DNA of 63,992 nt, filler included, from Octopus bimaculoides (taxonomy: Eukaryota): NCBI RefSeq assembly GCF_001194135.2. It is 5 parts of 4 records of this genome, joined end to end, with 100 filler letters (N's around TTAATTAATTAA, not from the genome) between each part and the next. Parts side by side here need not be neighbours in the genome. Positions count along the whole stretch, not along the records: positions 1 to 17,421 come from NC_068981.1; 4 more parts are not named here. One strand, written 5' to 3'. The position numbers and the translations under genes are program-made. Below, in pieces: positions 1-12,759 of the stretch. How positions within the stretch are numbered: position 1 is the first letter of the stretch; each line of letters starts with the position of its first letter. Under the pieces are notes generated by a model. That model ran no database searches and was not told where the DNA came from. It saw only the letters and a program-made list of their open reading frames with translations.

Positions 1-65
<65 letters not shown>
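1..65. repeat. (ATT)n microsatellite
   Basis: Perfect ATT run; it resumes at about 260-340 after a SINE. Confidence 0.98.
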
Positions 66-66
<1 letters not shown>

Positions 67-67
67 T

Positions 68-258
68 AGCATGACTGTCGAAATATTTAGCAGTATTTTG
101 TCCGCCTTCATGCTCTGAGTTCATATACCGCGGAGGTCGACTTTGCCTTTCATCCTTTCGGTGTCGAAGAAAAGGGCATCAGTGGAGTTTTTGGATCGAG
201 GTAATCGACTATCCCCAACCTCCAATTTCAGACACTTGTGCCTAAATCAGAAGGGATT
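68..258 (+). mobile_element. SINE family 1 copy (tRNA-like head plus conserved core)
   Basis: Contains CTGAGTTCATATACCGCGGAGGTCGACTTTGCCTTTCATCCTTTCGG. The same core recurs more than 10 times in the window. Confidence 0.85.
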
Positions 259-266
259 GTTGTTGC

Positions 267-339
<73 letters not shown>

Positions 340-1180
340 TTATGTTTGACTTTTGTTTTGAATTTGTACAAGTTGGATCCAAGTGTCACCCAGAGACCTC
401 AAGAGACAACAAGTTAGAAGTTCATGTAGGTGTTATGCCTAAGTTACCATATATTTGAATTTGTACAGTTTTGTTCTAGTGAATGTTTAAGAAACCATAA
501 GAACATTATGTGTTTGCTTTAAAAATTGAGATCACATAGACAGTATTTTACGTTATTATTATTATTATTATATATTTGACTTTTGCTTTGTAGTTGTACA
601 AGTTAATTTCAAGTTGGTGTTATGCCTAGGTTGTCATATATTTGGTTTTGCACAAAATATTATTCCAGAGAATGTTTTAAAAAAACGTAAGAAAATAATA
701 AGTTTGTTTTAAAATTTCAGATTGCATAGACAGTATAATATGTAGGATATTATATATGTAGTTCCCATGCGCACTATCTTTTGAATTTCTGGCATTTCGT
801 GGTATCCTGCTATATGAGCTACGTAGCAATCAGCCTCTTTTGTTATTATTCTTAGGGAACTTATGACAGCAGGTATTGTTTTAGTCTTGAAGTTTCACAT
901 TTCGTCGATTTCTATTTCAAGATCCTTATACATGCTCGGTTTTTTGGTATGAGTTGAGAGATATATTCATGTCGATAAGGGGGCATGATTTTTGTCTGAA
1001 GTCCTTCAATATAATGTCTGGCCTTTTCGCATCTATCAAATCAGAAGAATTTGTTTCAGGAGCCAGATTGGTTATTACTAGTAACACTGATACCAGATAA
1101 AGAGGAAAGCAGGGCATTCGGGAGAGGGAACTGGGACCAACCTGTAAAGCATGATGTTGAAGTGTAGTGGCTGCATGAAA
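340..1180 (-). mobile_element. Decayed 3' ends of RLE-type non-LTR retrotransposon (R4/Dong-like); two tandem 3' ends
   Basis: Minus-strand KRPDIILKD...LIDM is a restriction-like endonuclease motif. Related ~200-nt 3' ends lie at 340-550 and 570-760, each next to an (ATT)n tract. Confidence 0.75.
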
Positions 1181-1199
1181 TCTAAGATAGGTTAAAAAT

Positions 1200-3400
1200 G
1201 TTGATACATAAAAATAACTACAGAAATGATATAAAAAAATGCAGTTAAGGAAATTCGCAAATTGGAAGAATCCAGGACCAGATGGAGTCCAAATTTATTG
1301 AATGAAGAAGATGAAAGGGATCCATAAAAGGATAGCGCACCAGCTAGATAAGTGCTTGCAGGAAGGTGCTGTACTCAGCTGGGTGACAAAGGGAAAGACA
1401 TTGTTATGTGCCAAGTATCCTGAAAAGTGTATTGTCACATCCAACTGTCGACCAATAACGTATCTTCCTCTAATGTGGAAACTATTATTGGGGGCTTTGG
1501 CCGATGAACTGTGTAGATACTTATAAAAAAGTCGCCTTCTACCAACTGAACAGAAAGGGTACTGAAAATGGAGCGGGGTTACGAATGATCAGCCCTTAAT
1601 TGATAATCAAAGTATCAGAAGTTGTAAGAGATGACACAAAAACCTGAGCATGGTATGGATTGATTTTCGTAAATTATACGATACGATACGATAGCACACC
1701 CCTGGATAACAAGAAAAAATGGAAATGTATGGAGTAGTAAAAAACACGAGAAGCCGTATACGGAAAAGTATAAAGTGTTTGAGAACTGAATTGACAGCAG
1801 GGAATCAGGTATTAGGAGAGGTGAAAACCAAGAGAGGAATCTTCCAGCGGGACAGTGTGTCCCCACTGACTTTTGTGTTGGGAATGATCCTCTTGAGTGA
1901 AATACTTCAGAAAAGAAAGTTAGAGTATGATCTGGGAAGAGGTATGGGAAAACCGAACCAATTGGTATTCATGGGCGACTTGAATCTGTTTGCAAATGTG
2001 AGGCAGAACTAGAGAGCTTCGTCCAGTCTGTGCGTATTTTCACGAATGATACTAAGATGCGGTTTGGACTCTCAAAATGTGCTACGCTGGTAATGAGACG
2101 AGAAAAGCTTGTCATGTATGCCTAGTGGTGAGATGATGTAGACAATTGAGTCTGAATCCAGTTATAAATACCTAGGAATACTTGTGGCAGATGGAATTAA
2201 AGAGAACGATATGAAAGAAAAGTCAATGAAAGAGTACCTGCAGCGTGTGGGAAAAAGTATTGGTTTCAAAACTGAATGCCAGAAACCCAATATAGGTAAT
2301 AAACTTGCATGCAGTCGCAGTAGCTCGGTATGGCGCTAAAATCCTGAAAAGGAAAGAGGAGTTGCTAAAAGAGGTTGTTGGAAAACATAAGTGAGGTTGG
2401 CTGAAGAAAGGAACACTGTAAACAGAGAGTGGGAACACTTTACTGGCAGCGCAACGCCAGGCTTCACCACGACTTGGAGGGTAAACCGTCGGAATGAGCG
2501 AGTGTCTCCGCTGTGCCGCCTCTATAATAGAGTGGAAAAAACCATAGCCCATATTAAGAACGAATGCGCTGGACTTGCCTCAAACCGCTGCAAGTTGTAG
2601 CAACACGATAAGTTGCGAAAGTGATACATCGGAATTTGTGCAGAAAGTGGAGGCTAAAGAGAGGCAAGATATGGTATGAACATAAATCACAGCGAGTTGG
2701 AAAAGAATTAGAAGCCCACATTTCATTACATATATTTAGATTGATGTGAAGGGGATTGTTTCAGATTTCACAAAAATCCGAAAGAATTCGGCAGGAATGT
2801 TATCTTAGAGTTACAACCATTCTAAAAGAGGGATCTTATTGCAAAAAGCAGGATTGACGCCATCGACTGATTTATCATCATGAAATTGTCCATCAGTGAA
2901 ATCAGTAAAACCTCTGCAAAATTACGCATGTTCTTCCCAATATACCGTATACATCAGCCAAAATCAAAAGTACATAGACCGTACTTCTCACGAAAGAATA
3001 GCGGACGTGTCTTAAAACAGCTGCAAGTGTCGCTAAAAGCAGTAATTATAGGGGTAGATGACTATCCGAAGTGTACCAATGAATGGAAACTTAATATTGT
3101 CTGCAAGTATGAAAGTGGCAAAAATATATTCAATTTCAGAATAAGCAAAGAAGTATGTAAATGAATTGAGGGTCAACAGAATTCAGGTACAATCAGATGC
3201 AAATGATAAAGCCACTATGTTATCAAAGCAGGTAAAAACACAGGTCAAATTAAATGGAGTCCCAGTGCTATGAAGCACATGTAAAAGTAAGATATATATC
3301 AAATACCCTACAAAAGCCAGCGATCTGCATGTTGATACACAGATGACCCATCAATGATTGACCGTATCTTCACTTAAATCAGCAATAGGGAGCTTCTTTG
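1200..3400 (+). mobile_element. Decayed RLE-type LINE (R4/Dong-like): RT and zinc-knuckle region
   Basis: Frameshifted motifs NCRPITYLPLMWKLL, WIDF, RGIFQRDSVSPL, FMGDLNLF, YKYLGIL and LCRL...TIAHIKNEC. Confidence 0.85.
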
Positions 3401-4742
3401 TAGAAGCTAACGATCAATATCTGCCCAGCTGACACTTCCAAGCAAACACTCTGAAAAATGATGCAGGTACTTATTGCCACTTTGGTGATGCAACCAGGGA
3501 AACAAGTTTTCTCTTGATCTCTGCTAGCCTCACGTGATCTTCTTATGGGCATAACCGATTTCTCTTTCTCATTACAAGCTCTGCTTTGGCAATTTTCGCT
3601 AACTTGCCTTGTTTGGCCTTAATGATATTCGTTCACAATGTCTGTCTTTGAGAAGGGATTATGAGTTCTGTTTCTTTCTTAAGCTCTCCATTCGACAGCC
3701 ATAATCAGGACTCCTCTATTGCAACGATCTAGGTTTGCCTGAGAGGCTGACCGTGTAGGTCAATCCCCCGCATGTTTCTTTCCCGCACCAGTTTTCTTCA
3801 TTTCTGATACTCGTTGCCGTCTCTACTGCTTCTTTCTCTCTCCTCTGCACCAGAAATCAGTCTTTCTGAGTTGCTTCTCACACACTCTTCCATATTACAT
3901 TCTGTGAAGCATTCTAATATCCCAAAGATAATCATTTTTATCAGGACACTTGGAGATTTAGAAATTCAATTATTATTAATATATTTAAGATAAATGCAAT
4001 TAATGAAGAAAAGGACAGCATGCACGAGAATCGCTAATAAAATTTCCAGAACATAAATTGCTATGAACTAGAATAATGTTATAACTATTGTCGGAGGTTA
4101 TACATCATTCCCTTCTAAGAAAAAAATTGTGCATAATTCCAGTCCCGTCAATTGAAAATCGGATTATAAGTTTATTCATTTACTCTCACAATACTGTTAA
4201 CTCCAGAGCTAGGTTGGTTAAATAACACAGATTTTCAGCAAGAACATGTTCAGAACTAAATTCATTTTGAATTGTTGCAGCATGTCGTCAAAATTGGATT
4301 GGCATGTCGCTTACTTAAGCTCCGTAATACTATGTAAAATGTTATATATNNNNNNNNNNNNNNNNNNNNNNNNNNNNNNNNNNNNNNNNNNNNNNNNNNN
4401 NNNNNNNNNNNNNNNNNNNNNNNNNNNNNNNNNNNNNNNNNNNNNNNNNNNNNNNNNNNNNNNNNNNNNNNNNNNNNNNNNNNNNNNNNNNNNNNNNNNN
4501 NNNNNNNNNNNNNNNNNNNNNNNNNNNNNNNNNNNNNNNTATATATATATATAGGCGAAAGAGTGGCTGAGTCGTAAGAATTGGTACCTAGGTGTGGTCT
4601 AGGTTATTATAGCCTCGAGCCGATCAAATGCATATGAATGGATTTGATCGACAAAAGCTGAAACAAGCACATCGTGTGCATATATATATGCGTATGCGTG
4701 TGTATATGTAAGTGCGTGTGCGCGTTTGTATACATAGATACC

Positions 4743-4786
<44 letters not shown>

Positions 4787-5763
4787 CATACGCGCGCGTA
4801 TGGATGTGGTGAGAGTTAGTGCCAGTTTACGTCCCCTGTGTACATATATATATTCAAATAAGACGAAAGGGAAATAAATGTTGATATGAAGACAAAAATA
4901 TAGTTAAATGCCCATGTTTCCGTATGAGATTACTTTTCGCGTACGCCGGGCATTTTGTGGCATTTGAACATCAATGAAAGTAGTGGACTGATCAGTTAGA
5001 TTGTTAACATAAGCCAAACTAATGCTAAATTAATGAAAAATTCACTGTTGTATTGTAAATATAAAGTCTGCGCTTTAACTTTTGATTTGTCTGGTATGTC
5101 GGTAAAGTTTTTGCTGTTTTGTTTTTATATACGATTAAAGATTTTTCTTTCGAAGACAGAGAACAAACATCGCAAACATACTGTTTCCTCCAACATTATA
5201 TAAGATATAGAGCACATTTACATATGATACAAGTATACCGACAAGCATAGGTATTTATGTAGCTATTCATATGCGTTCATGTGTGTGTATTTATGTATAT
5301 GAATATATACAATTATGTGATTGTACGTAGATATACATATATAACTGTATGATATATGTGTATCTCTCCTTCTTTCTCTCTCTCCCTTTCTCTCTCTATC
5401 TCTCTCTCGTTCTCTCTCTATCTCTCTCTTTCTCTCTCTCTCTCTCNNNNNNNNNNNNNNNNNNNNNNNNNNNNNNNNNNNNNNNNNNNNNNNNNNNNNN
5501 NNNNNNNNNNNNNNNNNNNNNNNNNNNNNNNNNNNNNNNNNNNNNNNNNNNNNNNNNNNNNNNNNNNNNNNNNNNNNNNNNNNNNNNNNNNNNNNNNNNN
5601 NNNNNNNNNNNNNNNNNNNNNNNNNNNNNNNNNNNNNNNNNNNNNNNNNNNNNNNNNNNNNNNNNNNNNNNNNNNNNNNNNNNNNNNNNNNNNNNNNNNN
5701 NNNNNNNNNNNNNNNNNNNNNNNNNNNNNNNNNNNNNNNNNNNNNNNNNNNNNNNNNNNNNNA

Positions 5764-5795
<32 letters not shown>

Positions 5796-8260
5796 CATAT
5801 GTATATGTAAATCTCACTCTTTGTATATATGCAAGCATACATACATATCTGTATATATGGTTGTGTGTGTTTATGGGTATGTGCCTGTGTCTGTGTGTAT
5901 AATTTCATTGTTTCATACTTACCAGCTGTGCACAGGTGCGTAGATAATAAAAGATTATTGATGCAAAATGATAATTACTGCTAATCCAATATATCTCTGA
6001 AACACTGCTACATAAATTTTACAAGTATTTTGTTTTCCTTTTAGATATGATGTGAGATACAAAAATATTTTATTTGATTTCTCAGCGACGACGTGAAAAT
6101 GAATAACGTGAAATTTCGTTTTCTTTGTTGCCATCACGCAGGAAATGATATTATATGATGCTAGCTTTCTAACTCTTCGTTAATAAATATATTCTTGAAA
6201 ATAGTAAATTTATGCTCGCAGATATTTTTTTTTTTTTTCCTGTCAGAACGATATAATTCAATATAAGTACTGAAGAAAATGGAACCCACATAAATTCGAT
6301 AAATTTAAATACCAACTTGAGATTGGTAGCAAAAGCAACTTCAAAGTGTCACAATGTTTGTTTATTTGAAGTTTCTATGTAATTGGGTTGTGAGTATGCG
6401 GACCGATATCTACATTTTAATCATGCTCAATGCTGATAAAAACTCAGTAAACAGTAGCTCACTTTTCCATGATTCGCAAGCATGCATTACTCGCGACAGT
6501 AATAGGTAATTGATGCAGATATCATCGGCAATCTTTTAGTTATGAGTGTTAGATTTATGCCTCACCAGTCATCTCTTTAATTTTAGTAGTGAGTCAGTTT
6601 CGTTATGTGTGTATTTATCTTAGCACTGTCCTCAGTTATACAAATAGTTTTTATCCTTATTTATCAATTTTTATGAAACGTGTTTAGATTAGATATATGC
6701 CGTACACAAATACTCCTATACCCACTTTTCTATTTATGTTGTGTTGTAGAGTGCATAGCAAGTTCTTTTGTAAGAGCAACGGGTGAGTCGCGTACAAGTT
6801 TGCTTAATATAAAAAGGTGAAATCGTCGCGTTTATAGCTTGCAATATTGCATTTGAACTCTTGGATCACCCGAATGATCAATAGCGTGTTCGTGAGTTGG
6901 CATGCATATGGTGTGTTTTCAATATGAGGGTTTTTAATTTTGTCGTTTTATAATCATATTGTCAGTGTTAAACTGCATTTGCCTGTGTTGTCACGAGTTT
7001 TATAATGCATAATGTCATCTATAGTTAATATTCATTTCATTTATATAATGCACTATACATGTGGTTTGTGTATTAGTGATAGCCCAAGTCTCTGAAGTGT
7101 TTGTTGCGTGTTTTTTTTCGGGCCCTTTTGTTGGATTACTTTCTTAGTATCGGCATTGATGATTAATAATTGTTGAATTCTATGAATTACCTTATACTGT
7201 GATGCATTTCTCGTAATCATTCAGTACGCTTATCTATGTAAGGATTTTACTAATTATATTTTTGTTTATGAGCGTATGCGTGTGTGTGTGTGTGTGTGTG
7301 CGCGTACGTGTAAGTCTGTGTATGTGTGTACGTCGTGTGAGTGAGTGAACGTGTGTGTGTGTGCACGCGGGCTAGCGCGCGTGTTTGTGTATTCGCCGCC
7401 TCCATGAAAGCTTATACACATATTTGTGACTTTGATCTAAGTGCAACGAACACATCCCTTCTTTTATATCATCAGCAAATTCTTTTACGTACATGGAGAC
7501 AGCGAAAGCCTATTCCGATATTAATTGTCAGTACTACATTAAGATTCTGATCTACAAACAAAACAGTAGATAAAGTAATCCATAAAACAAAATAAACAAC
7601 ACTGCTCAGCATCGAACTTATTTTCGGCACCAGAAAACGATAGACAAATACAAGGTAATAAAAGGTCCAACATAAATTTCAAAATTACATGATCAACCCA
7701 TAAGTATTATTACATGAATCAAACATATAGTAACTATAGAATAGATAAGGATATTGTGAAAGTTCATGAAGCAGAACGCATTATGTATGAAACCGAACAA
7801 TGAACTAGCTTTATTAATAATCTCCAAAGCATTGAATTTTAATACAAATCATAATGATCTAAATTCGCAAACATACAATCGATGAACAATAGGATTTGTA
7901 AAATCCATTTGCGTATATGAAAGTTCTAAACAGCATGCCACCAGCTGTTATATTCCTCATAGATGTAAAAAAAAAAAAAGCCTCTCTTCGGATCACTATG
8001 CATTTACAAGGCGCAATAAAATATACACTACATATACTACAGGAAACAAACTCAGAAAAAATCCGATGATGATTCTCTCATAAAATGGATAACTATAACT
8101 AATGTCGGAGGAAATACTCCTAATGCTGTGCAATGCCAAATGGAACACATGCAATATACACTAGCCATAAAGAAATATAAACATGCATTGGGCGGCGTTT
8201 AAATCTATATGTCAATGTTTAAGTTGTAGCACATGTCAGTCGTATTGGTCGTACCAGCTA

Positions 8261-9460
8261 TTAGGTCGACAAGTATGAAATTTGTAGAAAAGAAGAAAAA
8301 AGGTTTCTAATGCTTTATAATTACAAACAGTAGTTTCTTCATCAAAGTATGCACCCATATTGTCAATACACTTTTGCCATTAAAGTGGTAGCTACTCTAG
8401 CTCGGAACTGTAAAGGCCTGACAATCTAGAGTCAATAAAATCTGGGAGGGCCTGTTTTACAGCATCGTCGGAATTAAAATGTTTCACCAAAAAGTTATCC
8501 AAATTCTGGAAGAAGTGGTAGACAGTGGGGGCAAGATCAGATGAGGTATGGTGGATGATGGACAACTTCCAACTAGAACTCCTGTAGTTGCGTCAATGCG
8601 TGGCCTGGCGTTGTCTTGCAGTAAAATAGGAGTGGATCTGTTAACTAATGTAGGCTGTTTCTGCATCATTTGGTCCAGCTGGCTGTAGTACACTTTGGGT
8701 GTGATTGATGAGCCGGGTTTAATGAAATCATAATGGATCACGTCTGCCCCTGACCACCAAACACACACCATTAGCTCCATTTAATGAGTTTTGCGTTTTG
8801 GACTCTGCTTTGGTGGCTCGTCTTTGCCCAACTATTGTGCTGAACGTTTACGGTTGTTTTATTGGATCCATTTCTCATCGCATGTTACAATTCGATTAAA
8901 AAAATGATTCATTTTTTGTGACGAGAAAGTAGCATAATACAGACTTCCAAACGTTGCTGTTTCTGATTTGAACTAGATGAGTTAATATTGTTTGCTTGCT
9001 AACACCAAATAAACAACGATAATTTACTGGCACTTTCAGATAGATCTGACTAGACGATGACTTTCTCTTCATCTTTATCCCCCTTTTTTTCTGGTCGACC
9101 GCATTGCTCATTTGTGAGGTCAAATTTACCACAAAGAAATTTTGCAAACTACTTTGATAGTGTCTGTTGTGTAACAGCATTACAATGAAATGTTCTATTA
9201 ATATTCTGAGCTATCTGTGATGCTTGTATTTCCAAGGACTCGTATTTCAAAACTGCACGAATTTCCGACTTAAGCATTTCTAAACAAAAACAGCAAAAAA
9301 CGTTTTATAAATACTTTATAAAGCGCAAAATGAGAATGAAAATAGATCTTTCAGCTTTCTAACAAAAAAGTAAAATTTGTCAAAACATAATAATGGCGCA
9401 AAATGAGCAACTGCCAAAATTCTAACATATACCTTACTACAAATTTCATATTACACGACC
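8261..9460 (-). mobile_element. Near full-length decayed mariner (DD34D) DNA transposon
   Basis: Minus-strand LMVCVWW...VIHYDF...ILLQDNARP and WQKCIDNMGAYFD. The TIR pair is GGTCGACAAGTATGAAATTTGTAG (~8264) and the reverse complement of CTACAAATTTCATATTACACGACC (~9437-9460). Confidence 0.85.
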
Positions 9461-9826
9461 NNNNNNNNNNNNNNNNNNNNNNNNNNNNNNNNNNNNNNNN
9501 NNNNNNNNNNNNNNNNNNNNNNNNNNNNNNNNNNNNNNNNNNNNNNCACGCTTTATTTCGAAGATCTATCTATCAAAGTATAGAAATGTTGTTTAAAAAT
9601 TTAAGTACTGTGTTGAATAAACGCTTGCAAATAATATGTCTGAAAATATTTCAATTCACCATGATAAAAAGGCTCTGACTAGAACATAGTTCCAGTTTTA
9701 ATAAAGCATAAGTAAAAGAAAATGTTCTCCAAGTCTCCCACCACATTTACTCAGAGACATATCTATCTATTTATCTATATATATGTATGTGTGTGTGTGT
9801 GTGTGTGTGCGTGCGTGTGTGTGTAC

Positions 9827-9857
<31 letters not shown>

Positions 9858-11134
9858 CGTACATCATATTTAAATAGGGATATCTGACCTGTATGCATTG
9901 CTACGGTTACACATTCAAGCATATTTTTGTCCACGCTTGTAGTAACATAGAAATTGATTAAACAGATTTAGCATTCGATCAGCAACAATATATTCAATTG
10001 TGAACAGAATGAATCTGTTCATTGTTCTAACATGCTTTTGAAGTGAACTGATTGTAAAATATAGATTTAAGAATCAGTTTTTTCGGCATCTTACAAGGAC
10101 ATTCTAGTCGTAACTACATTCCAAGTAAGGTATAGTAATTTGTACTCAGTTTATATTTTCACCGCTTAAACTATACTCTAATTTATTTTAGTTTGTAATT
10201 GATATACGACTTAGAATAAAGCTTACAATTTTGTTGGTAGGTGGACCTGTCAAATATCTTATGAGCAACATATAATAGATCAACCAATTTTACCCACAAA
10301 TTCATTGACGTTAGAATTTCAGAAATATCATTTGGTGTTTTACAAATTTGTTTACTATAACCAGCGTAAGACTATGAAAAGCAATGATTTTTTGCACTGC
10401 GCATTACACCGAGGGTATTTAGATCCTTATCTCACAACAAGAATACGAAAGTAAATTCTCAAAAGTGGTTCATGACTGAGAAAATCTATAAGAATTGTTA
10501 TAAATCTCAACGGAGCGAATATGAAACGCTCACAAGGTACACAAAGTTTTAAAGTTATTCTGAGACAGTTTCATGTTAAATAACTTCCAAATATACTTCG
10601 AAGTATTAATAAGGCGCATGTATCTGTAATAAAGTTTTTTGAAGCATATAACATGAACAGTCAAATTTCTTAAGAATTTTTATGCGTTTTGATAGAGATA
10701 TGTATCAGAAAAACATTTCTGGAATGGATTGGCAGGGTGAAGAAATCATTTAGACTATCTCAATTGTTTTGTGCATTTAAAAATAGGCTTGAATACATGT
10801 AGCAACATTGCAAAGAATTTACAAACATAAGGCTATGAAATAGCAATGATTCTTTGCACTGCGAGCTTTTAAATGTTGGTATGGAAGGGTAGGCAAATAA
10901 TGTTTAAATGTAGTCTTCGTTCTTGAGCAATCTACATAAAAGACTGGGTTCTGTTTCTTTTATCTATAATGGAAATTTTCGTTCGCAGTTATTATATTGC
11001 TTGTCAATATAGAGCAACAGAAGTTTAATATTTTGTAAGAAAAGATAAAAACTATGTATTTCAATAATGTTGATGTAAACTTCGAGCTACAGGTTCGCGC
11101 CCGTTTTCTTGTCCTTTTTGGAGATTATATATAT

Positions 11135-11652
11135 AGCGTGACTAAAAAGTATCTCCGTATATTAAAATACTTATAATAACTTATTTATTAATATTAATTT
11201 TAACAAACAATGGATATGTAAAGAAAGCTTTTAGTATGAGGTTGAAAATACGATATGGGCTCCAGATGTCACCACCAACAGCTTGAGTCGCCTAGGAAAT
11301 GCATCAACTAATTTCACCATAAACTCTTATGAGATGGAAGAAGACATAACTTCTAGTATCCGCCCTTCAAGTTCTTCGAAAGTCTTTCGTTTGGTGCAGT
11401 AGACTTGTTCCTTTAACCAACCCCTAAGTCACAAGGTGTTAAATTGAGACTCCTTGTTGGCCACTCATGCGAGTCCTAACGACCAATCCATCTCATGAGG
11501 AAGTGGGCATTATGTCGCTCACGAACAACATTAGGTTAAATTCTTATACTTCAAAATACATGCACAAAAAATTTGAGAAAAATATTTACCATCTATAAAT
11601 AATTTACAAGTATTTTAAAACAGGGAATTACTTTTCAATCTCCCTGTATATA
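11135..11652 (-). mobile_element. Internally deleted Tc1/mariner element
   Basis: Minus strand gives a degenerate PTRSLNLTPCD..GWLKEQVY...FEELEGRI...FPRRL...SGAHI transposase C-terminus. Imperfect TIRs lie at both ends, flanked by TA. Confidence 0.7.
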
Positions 11653-12210
11653 CAGAAAAGTCTATTTTCATCTAATTACTATTAGCAATATTTGATCTGT
11701 CTCAAACATCGAGAAAAAGGATAGATGTAAAAGTTAGTATATATACGTATATATATNNNNNNNNNNNNNNNNNNNNNNNNNNNNNNNNNNNNNNNNNNNN
11801 NNNNNNNNNNNNNNNNNNNNNNNNNNNNNNNNNNNNNNNNNNNNNNNNNNNNNNNNNNNNNNNNNNNNNNNNNNNNNNNNNNNNNNNNNNNNNNNNNNNN
11901 NNNNNNNNNNNNNNNNNNNNNNNNNNNNNNNNNNNNNNNNNNNNNNNNNNNNNNNNNNNNNNNNNNNNNNNNNNNNNNNNNNNNNNNNNNNNNNNNNNNN
12001 NNNNNNNNNNNNNNNNNNNNNNNNNNNNNNNNNNNNNNNNNNNNNNNNNNNNNNNNNNNNNNNNNNNNNNNNNNNNNNNNNNNNNNNNNNNNNNNNNNNN
12101 NNNNNNNNNNNNNNNNNNNNNNNNNNNNNNNNNNNNNNNNNNNNNNNNNNNNNNNNNNNNNNNNNNNNNNNNNNNNNNNNNNNNNNNNNNNNNNNNNNNN
12201 NNNNNNNNNN

Positions 12211-12257
<47 letters not shown>

Positions 12258-12759
12258 TGGTGTGTGTGTCTGTTTGTGTGTGCGTGCACGTGTGTTTGCC
12301 TGCGCGTGTGTGTAGACATATATTTAAGATGCTACATATACTTACATATATGTATACATGAATTCAAATTGAAATACAATGCAAATTAAAATAAGAATAG
12401 TAACACGTAACGGAGACTAAAACAAATGTTTACTTTATAGAATATTTCTCCATTGGAATTAATAACTTTTTGTAGTGTGAAAATGGAGGTACTTTATTAG
12501 CTGGTAACTAGTGCTTAGATATGTGGGAGGGGCTGGTATTGCGATATTCACAGTTATGTAGTTACAATACTCTGTGCGCAAGAGATTTAATAACTATAAC
12601 GAATAAATATGTGTATATGAGAATACACATGTTTGTATTTATTGCCATGCTTGTATATATTTGCATACATGTATACAAAATACATAGGAAAAGAGGGATT
12701 TTAACCTGAATGCATCATTGTGAAATACGATGGAGAGATAATACTGTACCAAAACTAAT

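Noticed and set aside
5922-5997. Minus-strand segment with a good acceptor and a GTAAGT donor, considered as a downstream VMAT exon
   Set aside because: The only open frame (IYWISSNYHFASIIFYYLRTCAQL) has no similarity to SLC18 proteins.
10235-10260. Minus-strand ttgacag|GT CCA CCT, resembling the start of the VMAT GPPFG exon
   Set aside because: The phase is wrong and the following codons (TNKIVSF) do not match; the frame closes.
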